From: Vicugna vicugna
Lineage: Eukaryota
Length of the DNA stretch: 64,000 bases
Direction of reading: 5' to 3'
Assembly (NCBI GenBank): GCA_013265495.1
Contig: MU058059.1
Coordinates: 3,325,502-3,389,501, forward strand
A program made the translations under genes and the position numbers. This document shows positions 12,066-24,992 of the stretch, one piece after another. A model generated the notes under the pieces. It searched no databases and was not told where the DNA came from. It was given only the letters and a program-made list of their open reading frames with translations. Each line of letters opens with the position of its first letter. The stretch's first letter is position 1.

Positions 12066-14900
12066 CGAAGGAAAGAAATGAGAACCAAAGCGATGTCATC
12101 AGAGGTATGAAAAGCTGCTCAGTGATGTCTCCTGCTTGCATCCAAATGCCCGCAGGTTGAGAAGATGTAAAGAATCCAGACTGAGTTACTTTTAAAGTAT
12201 GACGGATGCAGGATTGTGCTACATGACGATCGTGACTGCTCTCACTGATATTTCTGCCCGCTGCTGGCGGTCAGCCCTTTCTTCTAAAAGCACGCACAGC
12301 ATTGGTCACGGGACAAGTGAGTGCGCAGAGAGTGCCTTGAGGGTGTGGGGTTTCTAACCCCGAAGCCTGCTGTCCCTTCCTTATTGCACTCCAGAAGCCT
12401 CTGGGTTTGGAGGTTTAGAGCATGTTAACAGAGTTACTGCTTCTGCACGTTGTCCTGCTCCAAGGGCACTGCGTTTTCGGGTGCCGTCTTTTGCCATTCT
12501 TCACTATGCCTGGTATTGTTTCTCTGTAATATAAGTAGGGTAGCTATTCAGATATATCCCCATGAGAACGCACAAAAAGTTACCATGAAAAGCTTGATGT
12601 CAAACCTCTTTATGTTGGTTTTAGAAAGTAAACACTTTCTGTATTTTACAATTTAACTCTTACCTGGTGGAATTCATCCTGTACTACACATACTGACAGC
12701 TTTGGGGAGTTTCTCCTCGTCCTCCACCTCTGTCCAAAGTGCTGATCAAGGTAGTAATGAAGCGTCTTTACCAAGAATTTCAGGGCACACCTGTGAGACA
12801 TGTGAAGTATGCTAGCCAGGGGCAGATAGGTAGGATGACTTAGGTACCAGCTGGAAGAGCGCCAGGAATGGGAAACACTGCCAGACAGGGCTCCACACAC
12901 AGCGCCGGGGAAACAGTGCCCCTGTCATGGAAGTGGTGGAGCTGTGCTCGTGGACAGTGAGGGTGAGTCCACTCAGCCTCAGCGCACGGTGGTCGGAGGG
13001 GCAGAGCAGCGAGCTACGGGTCTGAACAGGGAGGGCTGAAAATGCCGGGGGTCCTAGCGGAAACAAACTTAGAACTATGTACGTTAATTATTTTGTTATT
13101 TTACAGTCTTTATGTTTATAATATCTAGATCAGATATTCTTGTTAAACAAGTATAATCACATAGTAAGAGCTTAAGATTATGAATCCAAAAAAGGTTTCT
13201 GTTCAAGATCATGTTCACTCTAAATACACTACCGGACATCTCGTCAGCTTTTAATACTGTTTCAGTGGAAATAAGATACTGTGTGCCCTTCATAGTAATA
13301 AAATCCTGATCTTCAAGCATGGACCTAAAACGTAAATGTTTATATGCAGAGACTCTTAACTTTACAAAATTACTAATTTCTCAAATAGTGCATATTTGAA
13401 TTACAAGTAACTTTTTAGGAATACCTCTTTGTATATGTAAGTACGTTAGCATATACAGACAGATAATGCTCTTAGACACTTTGTAATCATTGTCTGAACA
13501 GTAGTTACAAGATCGTGTGTAATATTATGATTAACTGTCATAAAGTGTAAAGACTTGATACCTTTTCTCTCTCAGATAACTCTAATGAACACTTAAGGTA
13601 CTTTATTTAGCCTTTTAGAAAGTTGAAATTTAGCTCATGGATATATTTTTTTTATAGGAAAACATTGGGATATCCTTTTCTTACTTTTACCTAGAATGCC
13701 TCTGTTTATGAGTGCCTTGAAAACAAATTAACTCCCTTTCTTCATTATTACCTATAAAGCTAAGGATTTTCTAGAACTTAAGAGAAAGTTTTAAAGGAGT
13801 CTGCAGCCAGCTGCTTCATTTCCACTTTGCTGTTTTCCAGAGTCATTCATACCTATGAATGGAAGAATGCTTTTATGTTTATTGACAACACGCTTAATGT
13901 TTCCATAAATATGTTAACAAACCTTTTTTTAGCTGCATTTATCATCTGTTTTAGGTCTTCATTATTAAATTTGAAAATGTAATATCTCTTATTGGGAGAA
14001 TAATTACGTTTTCACTGATTTTTTTTTTTAACCTCTGTTTCTCCCAATAGAAATTAGCCCTAAATGTACTGGTAAGTTTTGTATTCAAATTTTACTTAAT
14101 TTTTCTGGCTTATGAAGGGGTTAAAAGAAAGAGTTCACCTAAAAGATTCCATTTCCAGTTCTATAATATATTTTAGGTTTTGAATCACAATATTTTTCCA
14201 AATTAAAAGTATAACATTTGGGAAGCTGATAGCCCCGCTACAGTTTAGTCCTTCTGTTACCATTCTAAGCAAAATTCACTTCTATATTAAAGCTGTGCTT
14301 TAAAAAAAAATTACATAAAAAATTAGGTTGTTATCTTTTTTATAACTAGATCAAAAGATACTAAATCTCACATCAGTATGTATTATAATAAGCCGTACAC
14401 AAAGGGTTCTTTCCTCTAGTAGGACATGTTCTTGCTTGGTGGTTTTTCGTCCCTCAACCCCATAACATCTAATTATTACTGAAACTGTACTTGGTGGCAC
14501 CAAATCAAATGATGATTCAGACACAGCAAGTCTTTGTTTACATAGATGCTATAAAACAGATACCTTCATTTAGAAATATGATTTCTAAAGTGTCAGAAAA
14601 CAAAACAGATAAAATATTAGAATATTTTAACAATTATTTATAAATCAAAGTAGCATCAAAACAGAGAAAAGAAACTAAGACTTCTGAAAAATGAGATAAA
14701 TATAAATAAGCCACATATTTAAAGTTTGTTATCATGAAAGCTTCTTGGAAGAGTTTTAGAATCTCTTATGCATTCCCAAGAGTTTTATGTTTGTTGTATT
14801 TTACACGCTCCTACAACATACAAAATTATGTATTTTTTCTTTGGTTGTCCCTATAAACAAAAAATATTTTAATAAAAAATCAAGATGAGAGCGTCATGTT
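12066..14900 (+). other. TWSG1: TWSG1 3' UTR (~2.8 kb, approximate end)
   Basis: Follows the stop; AT-rich, no recognisable repeats; ends after AATAAA at 14871 with a GT/T-rich downstream element. Confidence 0.7.
14871..14876 (+). terminator. Likely distal TWSG1 polyadenylation signal
   Basis: AATAAA followed ~20 nt later by tgttttttgtt. Confidence 0.7.
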
Positions 14901-16609
14901 TTTTGTTAATTTCAAGCATAGGAAAATGAAATAAGCTTGCCATTTCTGTCTGGTGAAGTTATAGTTGAAGGTGTCAGCCAAGTGTGTCCCCTTCTCTCTG
15001 GAAGTCCCTGCACACTCTGTTGAAACAAGGAGTCTTTAACAGTCTGCTTTCTCATGTGCTTTATTCCAATATGGGGAGGCTTTGAGATGAAATACATTCT
15101 CCTTGCCCTGTGTGCCCAACCAGCCTCCCAGGAACCTCCTGATGGTTGGAAGGAGTTACCGACAGATGAAGGTAGGAAGATGACTGCCAGCTCTCCCGCA
15201 GCGACGCTCACAGGCTGCTGTTGGAATTGAGACCCGTAGGCTATACGCTCTTCGTGAAGTCAGTGTTATTTCACAGAATCTGTGTTTTGACTGCTTAGTG
15301 GAGAGGGGGGTGGGGAGGAGTCAAGAGGACAGGTCGCAGCCGGAGGGACTTCGGGGATGGTGGACTTGAGGTGCTGAATTGGTTTCAAGAAAGAGAGTAC
15401 ATTTGGTTAGGCGAGCTGTTCTGTGGCTGACGGCGTCCGATGGCAGGCAGTGGTGTGGAGCTGAGAGGCAGAGAGGGCCGGGGCTGGGAGGGAGTACCTC
15501 TCAGCTCGAGGAATCAGCAGGGACCTGACGGCGGGCAGGCTGGTGCTGGTGTGCCATCCCCTCCGCACGCCGTGCATCTTAGGTTCACGAAGCCCGTGGG
15601 TGTTAGTCGTTTGAGGTGTTTCCTAGCCAGTGAAAAATAAATTCACTTTACATCCTTTTCTTTTGAAGCCTGTGCTGGAAGGATGGAGTCAGCAACAAGT
15701 CCAAGGTCTGACTTCTGAGATGAAGATTCTCAGTGCAGAGCAGAGAGGAAGGCGATCTCTTCCCTCCTCCACGGTCCGCGACTCCCAGAACGAAGCCTGG
15801 AAAGTGCACTTGATGGAGGGCGGCCACTGAAGTTAGACACGGAAGCCACTGTGGTATCTCTACGGCAAAGGGATTCTGTTTCCTGCTCTCCTCACTCCTG
15901 CTTCACGCTGAAGCCAGAGTAAGCCTCCTAAAATTGCTGCCTGACCTCCGGCCCAGTCCCGGGCAAGTAGCAAGGGCTTTGTGCTCCTTTGTCTTTGAGG
16001 GCTGAGTCCCCCAGAAGAAGCAGGAGCCAGGCAGACAGCCTGCTTTGGTTTTCTGGACTTCCTCACCTGCCCCTGGGGGTTCAGCTGGGGGCAGGGGAGA
16101 GAAGAGAAGGCCTCTGGGCCTGCAGTTCCTTCCTTCTAGTGGTTTCCACTCGTGAGCGTTAACAGCCTAGCCCTCACCCAGGGCCCCCCTCCCCCATCTC
16201 TACGGCTCAGTGAGGCCCAGGACGGTGACAGAGCCTCTTGGATAGACGATGAATGAGATGGGGCTCAGAGTCAGGCTTGACTTGACTTATAGAAAGTAAG
16301 GAGACAAGACACCTGGGTTTATGGCATCTTTGCTCCCAGCCTCTCACTGGCAGCCTCGCTACTCACAGCCCCTCTCCTCTCCACTCTGGGTGCCGGCCGC
16401 CCCTCACTCCAGGCCTCCCCGCGTCCCAGGGTGACAGGACTTGTTGTCTCTGCTGCTTCTGTTCTTTGTGACCATTTTGATTCCTGTTCTCACTCAGGTC
16501 TCAGCTCAAATACCACCCCCACCACCCCTTCTGCAGCAGCAGCCCCTAGTGGGCCCCCATCCCCTTATTCTGTGTCATTTTTAATAGCCCCCCCCACCGG
16601 CAAAATGTC

Positions 16610-18380
16610 TGTCTATTACAAAGGATGCTTAGGGATACAAGTAAACTGCCAGGTAGAGATCACAGGGCAAGGGCCAGAGGTCTGGAGCGCAGGGGCTTCT
16701 CCCCAGTAGAGTTTGGGGAGCACCAGGCTCCTGGCACCCAGTTGCCTTCTTGTTCTCAACTTGGAAGCTCTCTGAACCCTGTCCTTTGGGGGTTTAATGG
16801 AGTCTTTACCACATAGGCATGGTTGCTTAAATCATTGACCACTGATTATGGAATCCAATCTCTAGTCCCTCTCCTCTCTCTAGAGGTTGTGGGGTGGGGC
16901 TGAAAGTTTTAGCACAAGGTTGAAAATCTAATCACAATGTTGGTTCCCCTGGCAAATAGGCCCCATCCTTAGGTGCCTTCCAAAAGTCATCCTATTATCA
17001 TAAACTGGTTGAAAGGGGCCTTTTTGTTTGTTTGTTTTCATATTCTTTTTCACCATAAGTTACTACAAGACATCAAATATAGTTCCCTGTGCTCTACAGT
17101 ATGAACTTGTTTATCCGTTTTGTATTTATCAGTTAGTACCTGCAAATCTCTAACTTCCAACTTATCCTCTCCTACCCACTTCCCACCTGGTAACAAGTTT
17201 GTTCTCTATGTCTGAGAGTCTGTTTCTGTTTTGCAAGTAAGTTTGTTTTTCTTTTTCTTTAGATTCCACATATAAGTAATATCATACGGTATTTTTCCTT
17301 CTCTTTCTGGCTTATTTCACTTAGAATGACAATCTCCAGGTCCATCCATGTTGCTGCAAATGGCATTATTTTATTCTTTTTTAGGGATGAGTAGTATTCC
17401 ATTGTGTAAATATACCACAAGTTCTTTATCCAGTCATCTGTCCATGGACGTTTAGGTTGTTTCCATGTCTTGGCTAATGTAAATAGTGCTGCTGTGAATG
17501 TTGGGGTGCATGTATCTTTTTGAATTGAGGTTCCCTCTGGATATATGCCCAGGAATGAGATTGCTGGATCATATGGTAAGTTTATTTTTAGTTTTTTGAA
17601 GCATCTCCATACTGTTTTCCATAATGGCTGTACCAAACTACATTCCCACCAGCAGTTTTGGAGGGTTCCCTTTTCTCCACACCCTCTCCAGCATTTATTG
17701 CTTGTGGACTTTTTAACGATGGACATTCTGACTGGTGTGAGGTGATACATCATTGTAGTTTTGATTTGTATTTCTCTGATAATTAGTGATACAGAGCATT
17801 TTTTCATATGACTATTGGCCATCAGTATGTCTTCACTGGAGAATTGCTTGTTTAGGTCTTCTGGCCATCTTTGGATTGGGTTTTTTGTTTTTTTCTTATT
17901 AAGTTGTATGAGCTGTTTGTATATTCTTGAAATTAAGCCCTTGTCAGTCTCATCTTTTGCAAATATTGTCTCCCATTCCATAGGTTATCTTTTTGTCTTG
18001 CTAATGGTTTCCTTTGCTGTGCAAAAGCTGTTAAGCTTAATCAGGTCCCATTTGTTTATTTTTGCTTTTATTTCCATTGCCTGGGTAGACTGCCCTAGGA
18101 GAACATGGCAGAGAATTATGTCGGAGAATGTTTTGCCTGTGTTTTTGTCTAAGAGGTTTACAGTGTCTTATGCTTAGGGCTTTAGGCCATTTTGAGTTTA
18201 TTTTGTGTGTGGAGTGAGGGAGCGTTCTGCCTTCGCTGATCCACACGCAGCGTTCCGGCTTCCCCAGCACCACTGGCTGAAGAGGAAGGAGGCTTGTTAT
18301 GCGGACACCTTTGTCACTCTGGAAGTTCCGAGGATTTTAAGACCAAATATGTATTTCTTATTATAAATCACAATATCACA
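16610..18380. mobile_element. MER21/MER77-like ERV LTR (16610-17020 and 18293-18380) interrupted by an L1
   Basis: tattacaaaggat...ggaagctctctgaaccctgtcc...gggtggggctgaaagtt; resumes after the L1 and ends atcacaatatcaca. Confidence 0.6.
17025..18290 (-). mobile_element. 5'-truncated lineage-specific L1 (ORF2 C-terminus + 3' UTR)
   Basis: ORF 17259-17981(-) is the L1 ORF2p C-terminus ([10 protein letters not shown]...[10 protein letters not shown]...CWWEC...TMEYYS...). Confidence 0.95.
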
Positions 18381-18639
18381 ACCCTGCTTTGGATGTTGTC
18401 ATGCAAACTACATCTTTATACTTTGCATGCCTATCAACACAGATTTATAATTATTCCTTTATGCAGTTGTCTTTTAAATCAGGATATTAGGAAAACGAAT
18501 TATAAATGAAAAAATACATTTATGCTGTTTTTTATATTTACCTCTTTGGTTCCCTTTACTAATGTCCTTTATTTCTTCATGTGGATTCAAGTAACTGTCT
18601 AGTGTCCTTTCGGTTCAGCCTAAAGGACTCCCTTTATCA

Positions 18640-18860
18640 GATCAAGTTGCAAGTGGAACTCAGTTTAAACTAGCTCAAGCAAAGGGAAAAAAAGGGCCGG
18701 CCTGGGGACTCGCATACCTGAAGAGCTCGGGGTTAGGGCGTCGGGCCTGGGGACCCCTGGTCCCCCCTCAGCAGACTCACTCCTCCTGTTGCTCTTGACT
18801 GCCGGGTGCCCCAGAAAGTCCCAGGTCAGGCTCACACTGGTCCAGGGGAGTCCTCCCAAA
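18640..18860. mobile_element. Ancient ERVL/MaLR LTR-like remnant
   Basis: gttgcaagtg...aaactagctcaagcaaaggg start motif and cagaaagtcccagg. Confidence 0.35.
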
Positions 18861-21800
18861 TCACATGGGCACAGCGGGGGAGTGGTGGGTCTCCAGAGAA
18901 ATAGAGAGGAACCCACAAAGGGGACCTTGGGTGAAGCGCCAGTCCAAACCAAAGGTCTGCCCTGGGCCGGCTTGAGGACAAGTTCCAGCTTCCTTCAGTT
19001 GTTCCCCTGCCAACGTCACTTCTACACAAGGCCAACTCTCAAACTGGAAATCTGCAGGTTAGAACATGCAGATACCTGGAACTTTTCATTCTGTGTCTAG
19101 CAATTTCGTTCCTTGCCTGACAGGCTAAAAATTCTTACTAGTGTAATCTGAGATGTCAGTCAAGAAGTACTCCTCGAGCTAAAGTACGAAAGACCCTCCC
19201 TGAAAGCCCACTTGACTCCCAGCTATGGGATGTATTTTCTGAGGTTTAAAAAATGTGCCTTGAGTTGTAATAAAGGGGATTATGAATACTCATCAGCAGT
19301 GACTTGTTCCTCCGCTGCTGCATGTCCTGACTATTATTTTAGGCTTATTCATGACTCACAAAGGGGGAACACAGCAACGCTTTGTCACGATGTTTAATTT
19401 CCTGTATCCAGATAGATAGTAGATACTAAGTATGAGCGGCCAAAAACTTTAGGAGCTTTGTCAGATCCAGTACTTCAGCTCCGGGAACCCAGGCAAACAG
19501 TTTACTTACTTCTAAGCCCTCAGTGCCGTGCAGGCACCTGGGTTGAATGTTCCTTCCCTCGGGTTAGCCTTGATGTTTTATCCCCTGCCCTCGGACATAG
19601 TCCAGGACCACGTTCTATATGTTTCCTAATGACTTTGAATTCGCCTCTTGTTTAAGTGGCTTTTCCCCCTGGATTGTCACTGAGATCTTCTTCCAGATAC
19701 TGCTAATAAAGTTTAGGGTATAAATTGGGGCGTTGGTAATTAAACTTTTACAACTCAGGCCTGTCGGTGTTTGGGGAATAAAGCATGCATGGATAGCTAA
19801 CCCTCACTGACAGCAGGTGGCGGTGTCTCAGGGGGTTTATTCTGGGGGACCTCTCAGCGTGTGTGTGCACGCGCGCTGGATGGTCCAGGAAGAGGACCGT
19901 GAGCAGGCGGTAGTGACACAAGTGGCCGTAGTAGCTAGAGCATTCCCATGCGTTTAGACGTTTTCATGTCTGGTTTGCTTGCGGTGGCCCATTTCCACAT
20001 GCGTTTTACCCTTTTGGAGGGCAAGCTTGTGGCCATTCCCAGGACACCTCGGTTGCAGACAGAGACTTTCTGGGAAGATTTTTGTTTGCTTCTGGAGCTG
20101 CTCCAGGAGGCTGCCAACCCCAAAACCCTAGAGCTACGTATGGTATTCAACAAGTTGTTTAAAATAGTAAAAATTTATGTTCACCTTGTTTTATACACGT
20201 GAGATCTCTGGACGGGATTCACAAGGAACTGAGAACCTTGGCTGTCTCCAGGGTGGGACCCTCTCCTGCCTTGAATTGTGAGCCACCCACATGCATTACC
20301 TTTTCAAGAAATAAATGACTAAAATTCTTCAATTTTAAAAAGATACGAGCTTTTTAAAGAAAAAGTAAAGAAAGTATTTAGAGACACTTTTCCTTAAAAA
20401 ACTCAGTTTGGTAGCATCTTCCCCCAAACACTGGATCCCTCTGGGTGACTAGCCGCCCAGTCTCTAAAACATGTAACACATGACAGGGGCCGAATTCTGT
20501 GTTACCAAGAGTCTGATCGTAACTGAAAATCCGCAAAGTGTTGATCTAGTCACATTGTTGATGGACAGTGATGTATATTCAGTTCTCACATTCTAATAGG
20601 TCCAAACAGGAGCTAAGATTTGAGCAATTAGATTTTGGGACAGATAGTCCTGTGGTTTGCGCTTCTACCTACCCTGAGATTTACTTCTTTGTCCTTCTAA
20701 AGGAGTTTAATAGCATAAAGTCAGGCCACAGAATTCATTTAAACAGCCACATTTCAACTTCCTTAAACTAATCAGAACCAATAAGAACACCAGCAAGAAA
20801 GTCCCACGTCAGTGATCTTTAAGAAGAACGTATCTGATCAAGTAAACTACAGACTCAGTTTTGTCGCTGGCATCATCGTCCGTGGAACTGCAGCCTTCAT
20901 GGCTTTCGTCCGTCCCCAGTTCCTCCCACCCTGATAGCAAGGCCTGTACTACATTCTTGAGTTGGAACTCCCTTGCTTCTGCCAGTTTTATAAAAGCGCT
21001 CCATGCACTTGGCAGGACCAGGGCCCTGGGAGGGAGGAGAAAGCGCCAGCGTGTAACCATTCTAAGGGAATGTTGATTTGTTAAGGCAAACCTTGTCTCT
21101 CAGAGTGTTTACAGCTTTCCCTTTTGTGAGTTGTTCTGAATCTAATACCAGATTTCCTCCGAGGACCTTCTGACACAAGTATGACCCTCGGAACAAAGAG
21201 CTCATTCCAGGAGGGCCCCGAGCACAGACTCTTCAGTGATTCCTGAGCTGGGGCCGCTGCCAGGCAGGCTCCTGCTCTGGGCCCCAGAAACAAATATGAC
21301 CCCTTGAAAGAACACGTTCTCTTTCTGATAGGAATCTTGAGTGAGTTCAAGAGGGCAGGTGTTCAGCAATTCTGGAGATGAAATTCAAACAGAAGATCCC
21401 CTGCCTCCCGTGTCACTGCCCAGAGGCGTGGGCCACTGGAAGGAGGGCCTGGCACCCATGCATGGATCACCCAACATCTGTGTCTCTGTGTCAGAGACGC
21501 ACCTGTTCCTTTTCTCTCTTTGATCTCTAGAAAAATAGAGAAACAAACATCCACTGAAAGTAGGGGAAAGAAGAAAGCTATTATTCATTTAATGCTTGTT
21601 TTTTTCTGATAATGATGGATTATAATGGATTCACAATAGATGGGGGCATGATTCAATCATTTCTCAAATTCATAGATTTCTCCTGAGAAATGGGGGCTCT
21701 GAGCACAAAGGCCTCAGGCCTAGCAGTCAGGGCTTGGCGGGGGGGGGGTGTCTTCTGGATACTTAAAAGGCAGACTCAAGGCAGAGCAAGGCAGTGGTGT

Positions 21801-22264
21801 AAATGAAACTTACAGTTTAAATGAAAATTACAGTAGTCATACTTGGCCTACATTTAGCCAACTGTAAAACAAAGCAAAACATCTTCCGAACATGAACAAA
21901 ACCTGGTAAGAAAATTTTTAGTGGAGTTGTTGAAAATAGTTTCTAAATGTTAAGTACGTCTAGGGTCTGGCCTGAGATGGTTGAAGTATTTTGAAGATGG
22001 AGATGGTGATTCTAATGGAGATAGTAAGAATCATCTGGATACAGAATTCTATCAGTGAGTCTGTGCTTTGCCTTCTATGTACCTGTCCTTTCTGAGTTAT
22101 CAGAATATGGTTCTTTTAGCTATGCGCCTTTGTTCTACAATTTTTTTAAATTCCAATTTTATTTCCAAGAAAGAAAATACCAACATTTCACAGTACAAAC
22201 TTAAAAAGATTAAATATTCTGACTTTGTCATGTAATAAGATCAGAAATTATACCATATAATTTT

Positions 22265-22826
22265 ATTTTAAAGCACCTTTATGATGGTATGATTTCTGTA
22301 TAGTAAACCATACGTATTTCAGATATACAATTTGATGAATTTTGATAGACGTAGACACCCATGAAACCACCACACAATCAAGATAGCTAACATTTCCTTC
22401 ACTCCCCAAGAGGTACAAATTTCAAATTCCCAATTTATCCTTTCCCATCCCCTTTCCCCCTGGTGACCATAAGTTTGTTTTCTATGTCTGTGAGTCTGTC
22501 TGTTTTGTAAATAAATTCGTTTGTGTCTTTTTTTTAGATTCCACGTATAAGTGATATGTGGTATTTTTCTTTCTTTCTGGCCTCACTTAGAATGATCTCC
22601 AGATCGATCCATGTTGCAGCAAATGACATTCATTTATTATTTTTATGGCTGAGTAGTATTCCATTGTATGTGTGTATATATACATATATTGTATATACAT
22701 TGTATGTATACAAGTTGTATGTATACCGCAACTACTTCTTTATCCAATCATGTGTCAATGATTTAGGTTTTTTCCATGTCCTGGCTATTGGAAATAGTGC
22801 TGCTATGAACATTGGGGTGCATGCAT
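22265..22826 (-). mobile_element. Old L1 3' end (22265-22410) followed by a younger L1 3' fragment (22415-22826) with an internal TA/TG-rich microsatellite
   Basis: Antisense L1 3' UTR motifs: tcccaatttatcc...aagtttgttttctatgtctgtgagtct...gctatgaacattggggtgca. Confidence 0.8.
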
Positions 22827-22842
22827 AGTGATTCAAGTTTTT

Positions 22843-23080
22843 TTTTCATTTATTTATGTATTTATTTTACAATTTTTTTTAAATTGAAGTATAGTTTATG
22901 TACAATATTATGTTACAGGTATACAATATAGTAATTTTTAAAGGTTATACTCCATTTATGGTCATTACAAAATATTGGCTATATCCCCCATGTTGTACAT
23001 ACATCCTTGTAGCTTATTTTATACCTGATAGTTTGTACCTCTTAATCCTCCATCTCATCTTGCCCCTCCCCCTTCCCTCT
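22843..23080 (-). mobile_element. L1 3' end fragment with TSD
   Basis: aattgaagtatagttt...ggttatactccattta...; gtgattcaag(t/a)ttttt at 22828 and 23081. Confidence 0.8.
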
Positions 23081-24134
23081 GTGATTCAAGATTTTTACCC
23101 CGATATATAGCTATTCAGATTTTCTCCTTTTTTCTTGGGTTAGTTTTGGTAATTAGTTCTAAGAATGCCGCCATTTTCATCTACTTTTAAAATTATTAGA
23201 ATTGAGAGAGTATTGGACGAAGGAATCGAAGTGATTGGGAAGGACTGTCCACCCCAATTTTATCATTCTCCTGATGTAAACTGCCAAACTTTATGAAAGA
23301 GCACCTAAAAAAACCCGTGACTTTCAGCCACGCATCAGAACTATTCTTTGAGCCTTTGGGAAGGATTCCTGGAGCAAATGAGGCTATTTCCAGTCTTCCT
23401 CTAGATCTCGCTAACGCGAGGCTGGGCAGCTCTGAGTCAGGAGCTCCTTCGGGGACGCTGAGGCAGAGGGCGGTGGAGGCCGGCGGCCCCGCTGAGCCCC
23501 AAGAATCCAGGGTGGCCCTTGTCAACGCCCGTTTCAGGAATTCTGAGGCTGGCCCCAACACGAAGTTCTACACAAGCTTCTCCTCCGAGGCCCACGGCGC
23601 TTCCCGTGTCCAAACCCCGAGCCAGTCTCCACCCCAGGCCCAAATTTCCCCACCCAGGCCGGCCGGGAGATGCCCCACCCAGCGGCAGGCCGGGCCGGCC
23701 TCCGGGCCGGTTTAACTGGTTAGGACTGAACCCGCCGGCGCAGAAGGTCTGTGCCTCGACAGCTAGAGAAGAGGCTGCGTAGAACGTGGCGAGGAAAGCG
23801 CTCGCCCCCAAGACCGCGACCAGCGCCGCCACAACCTTCTCCGCGACCTCGCCCGGGGTAGAGCCGCATCCCACCCCGTCGCCCACCACCCGGCACTGCG
23901 CAGGCGCCGGCGGAGCCCCAGCGCGGCCCGTCCTCTCGCGCGCTCTCCGACCTCCCGGGCAAGTTCCCGGGCAGGGTAGGCGCGGTGCTTCCTGGGTGTT
24001 GTAGTGCAATTCCCGACGAAGCGCCGCTTGCGGACCGGGCGCTGGGTTACCAGGACTACTTCTTCCAGCGTGCCCCGCGCGGGGTCAGCGCCGAGAGGCG
24101 GATCCGAGAAGCCGGCCGCGGCGAGAGGAGGGAG

Positions 24135-24307
24135 TGCGCATGCGCGCTGGGCCGGCTGATCCAGTTCCGTCCCAATCATTGTAAACAGGCGGAGGTTGGG
24201 GCGGGGTGGGAATGGGGCGCCCGAGGCCGGCCGGGGGTGCAGCGCAGGAGGCGGCTGCGGCGGCGGCGTGAGCGGAGGTGGCGGCGGCTGCGGCTGGGCG
24301 GGCACAG
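24135..24307 (+). other. RALBP1: RALBP1 non-coding exon 1 (5' end approximate)
   Basis: In the CpG island; ends at donor GGCACAG|gtcagt; resembles my recollection of the human RALBP1 5' UTR. Confidence 0.7.
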
Positions 24308-24361
24308 GTCAGTGGCGGGCCGGGGCGGGCGGGGGTGGCAGCGGCGGCGGCTTCCCGGCGC

Positions 24362-24992
24362 NNNNNNNNNNNNNNNNNNNNNNNNNNNNNNNNNNNNNNN
24401 NNNNNNNNNNNNNNNNNNNNNNNNNNNNNNNNNNNNNNNNNNNNNNNNNNNNNNNNNNNNNNNNNNNNNNNNNNNNNNNNNNNNNNNNNNNNNNNNNNNN
24501 NNNNNNNNNNNNNNNNNNNNNNNNNNNNNNNNNNNNNNNNNNNNNNNNNNNNNNNNNNNNNNNNNNNNNNNNNNNNNNNNNNNNNNNNNNNNNNNNNNNN
24601 NNNNNNNNNNNNNNNNNNNNNNNNNNNNNNNNNNNNNNNNNNNNNNNNNNNNNNNNNNNNNNNNNNNNNNNNNNNNNNNNNNNNNNNNNNNNNNNNNNNN
24701 NNNNNNNNNNNNNNNNNNNNNNNNNNNNNNNNNNNNNNNNNNNNNNNNNNNNNNNNNNNNNNNNNNNNNNNNNNNNNNNNNNNNNNNNNNNNNNNNNNNN
24801 NNNNNNNNNNNNNNNNNNNNNNNNNNNNNNNNNNNNNNNNNNNNNNNNNNNNNNNNNNNNNNNNNNNNNNNNNNNNNNNNNNNNNNNNNNNNNNNNNNNN
24901 NNNNNNNNNNNNNNNNNNNNNNNNNNNNNNNNNNNNNNNNNNNNNNNNNNNNNNNNNNNNNNNNNNNNNNNNNNNNNNNNNNNNNNNNNNNN
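24362..24992. other. Assembly gap (631 N)
   Basis: Run of N inside the GC-rich island at the start of RALBP1 intron 1. Confidence 1.

Noticed and set aside
17259..17981. 240-aa uninterrupted minus-strand ORF as a possible domesticated gene
   Set aside because: It is the L1 ORF2p C-terminus of a 5'-truncated young copy; the CCHC His is replaced (LQNC) and there is no promoter or splice evidence.
23196..24305. Overlapping 120-190 aa ORFs on both strands upstream of RALBP1
   Set aside because: Low-complexity Pro/Ala/Arg/Gly products expected in a CpG island; no recognisable homology.
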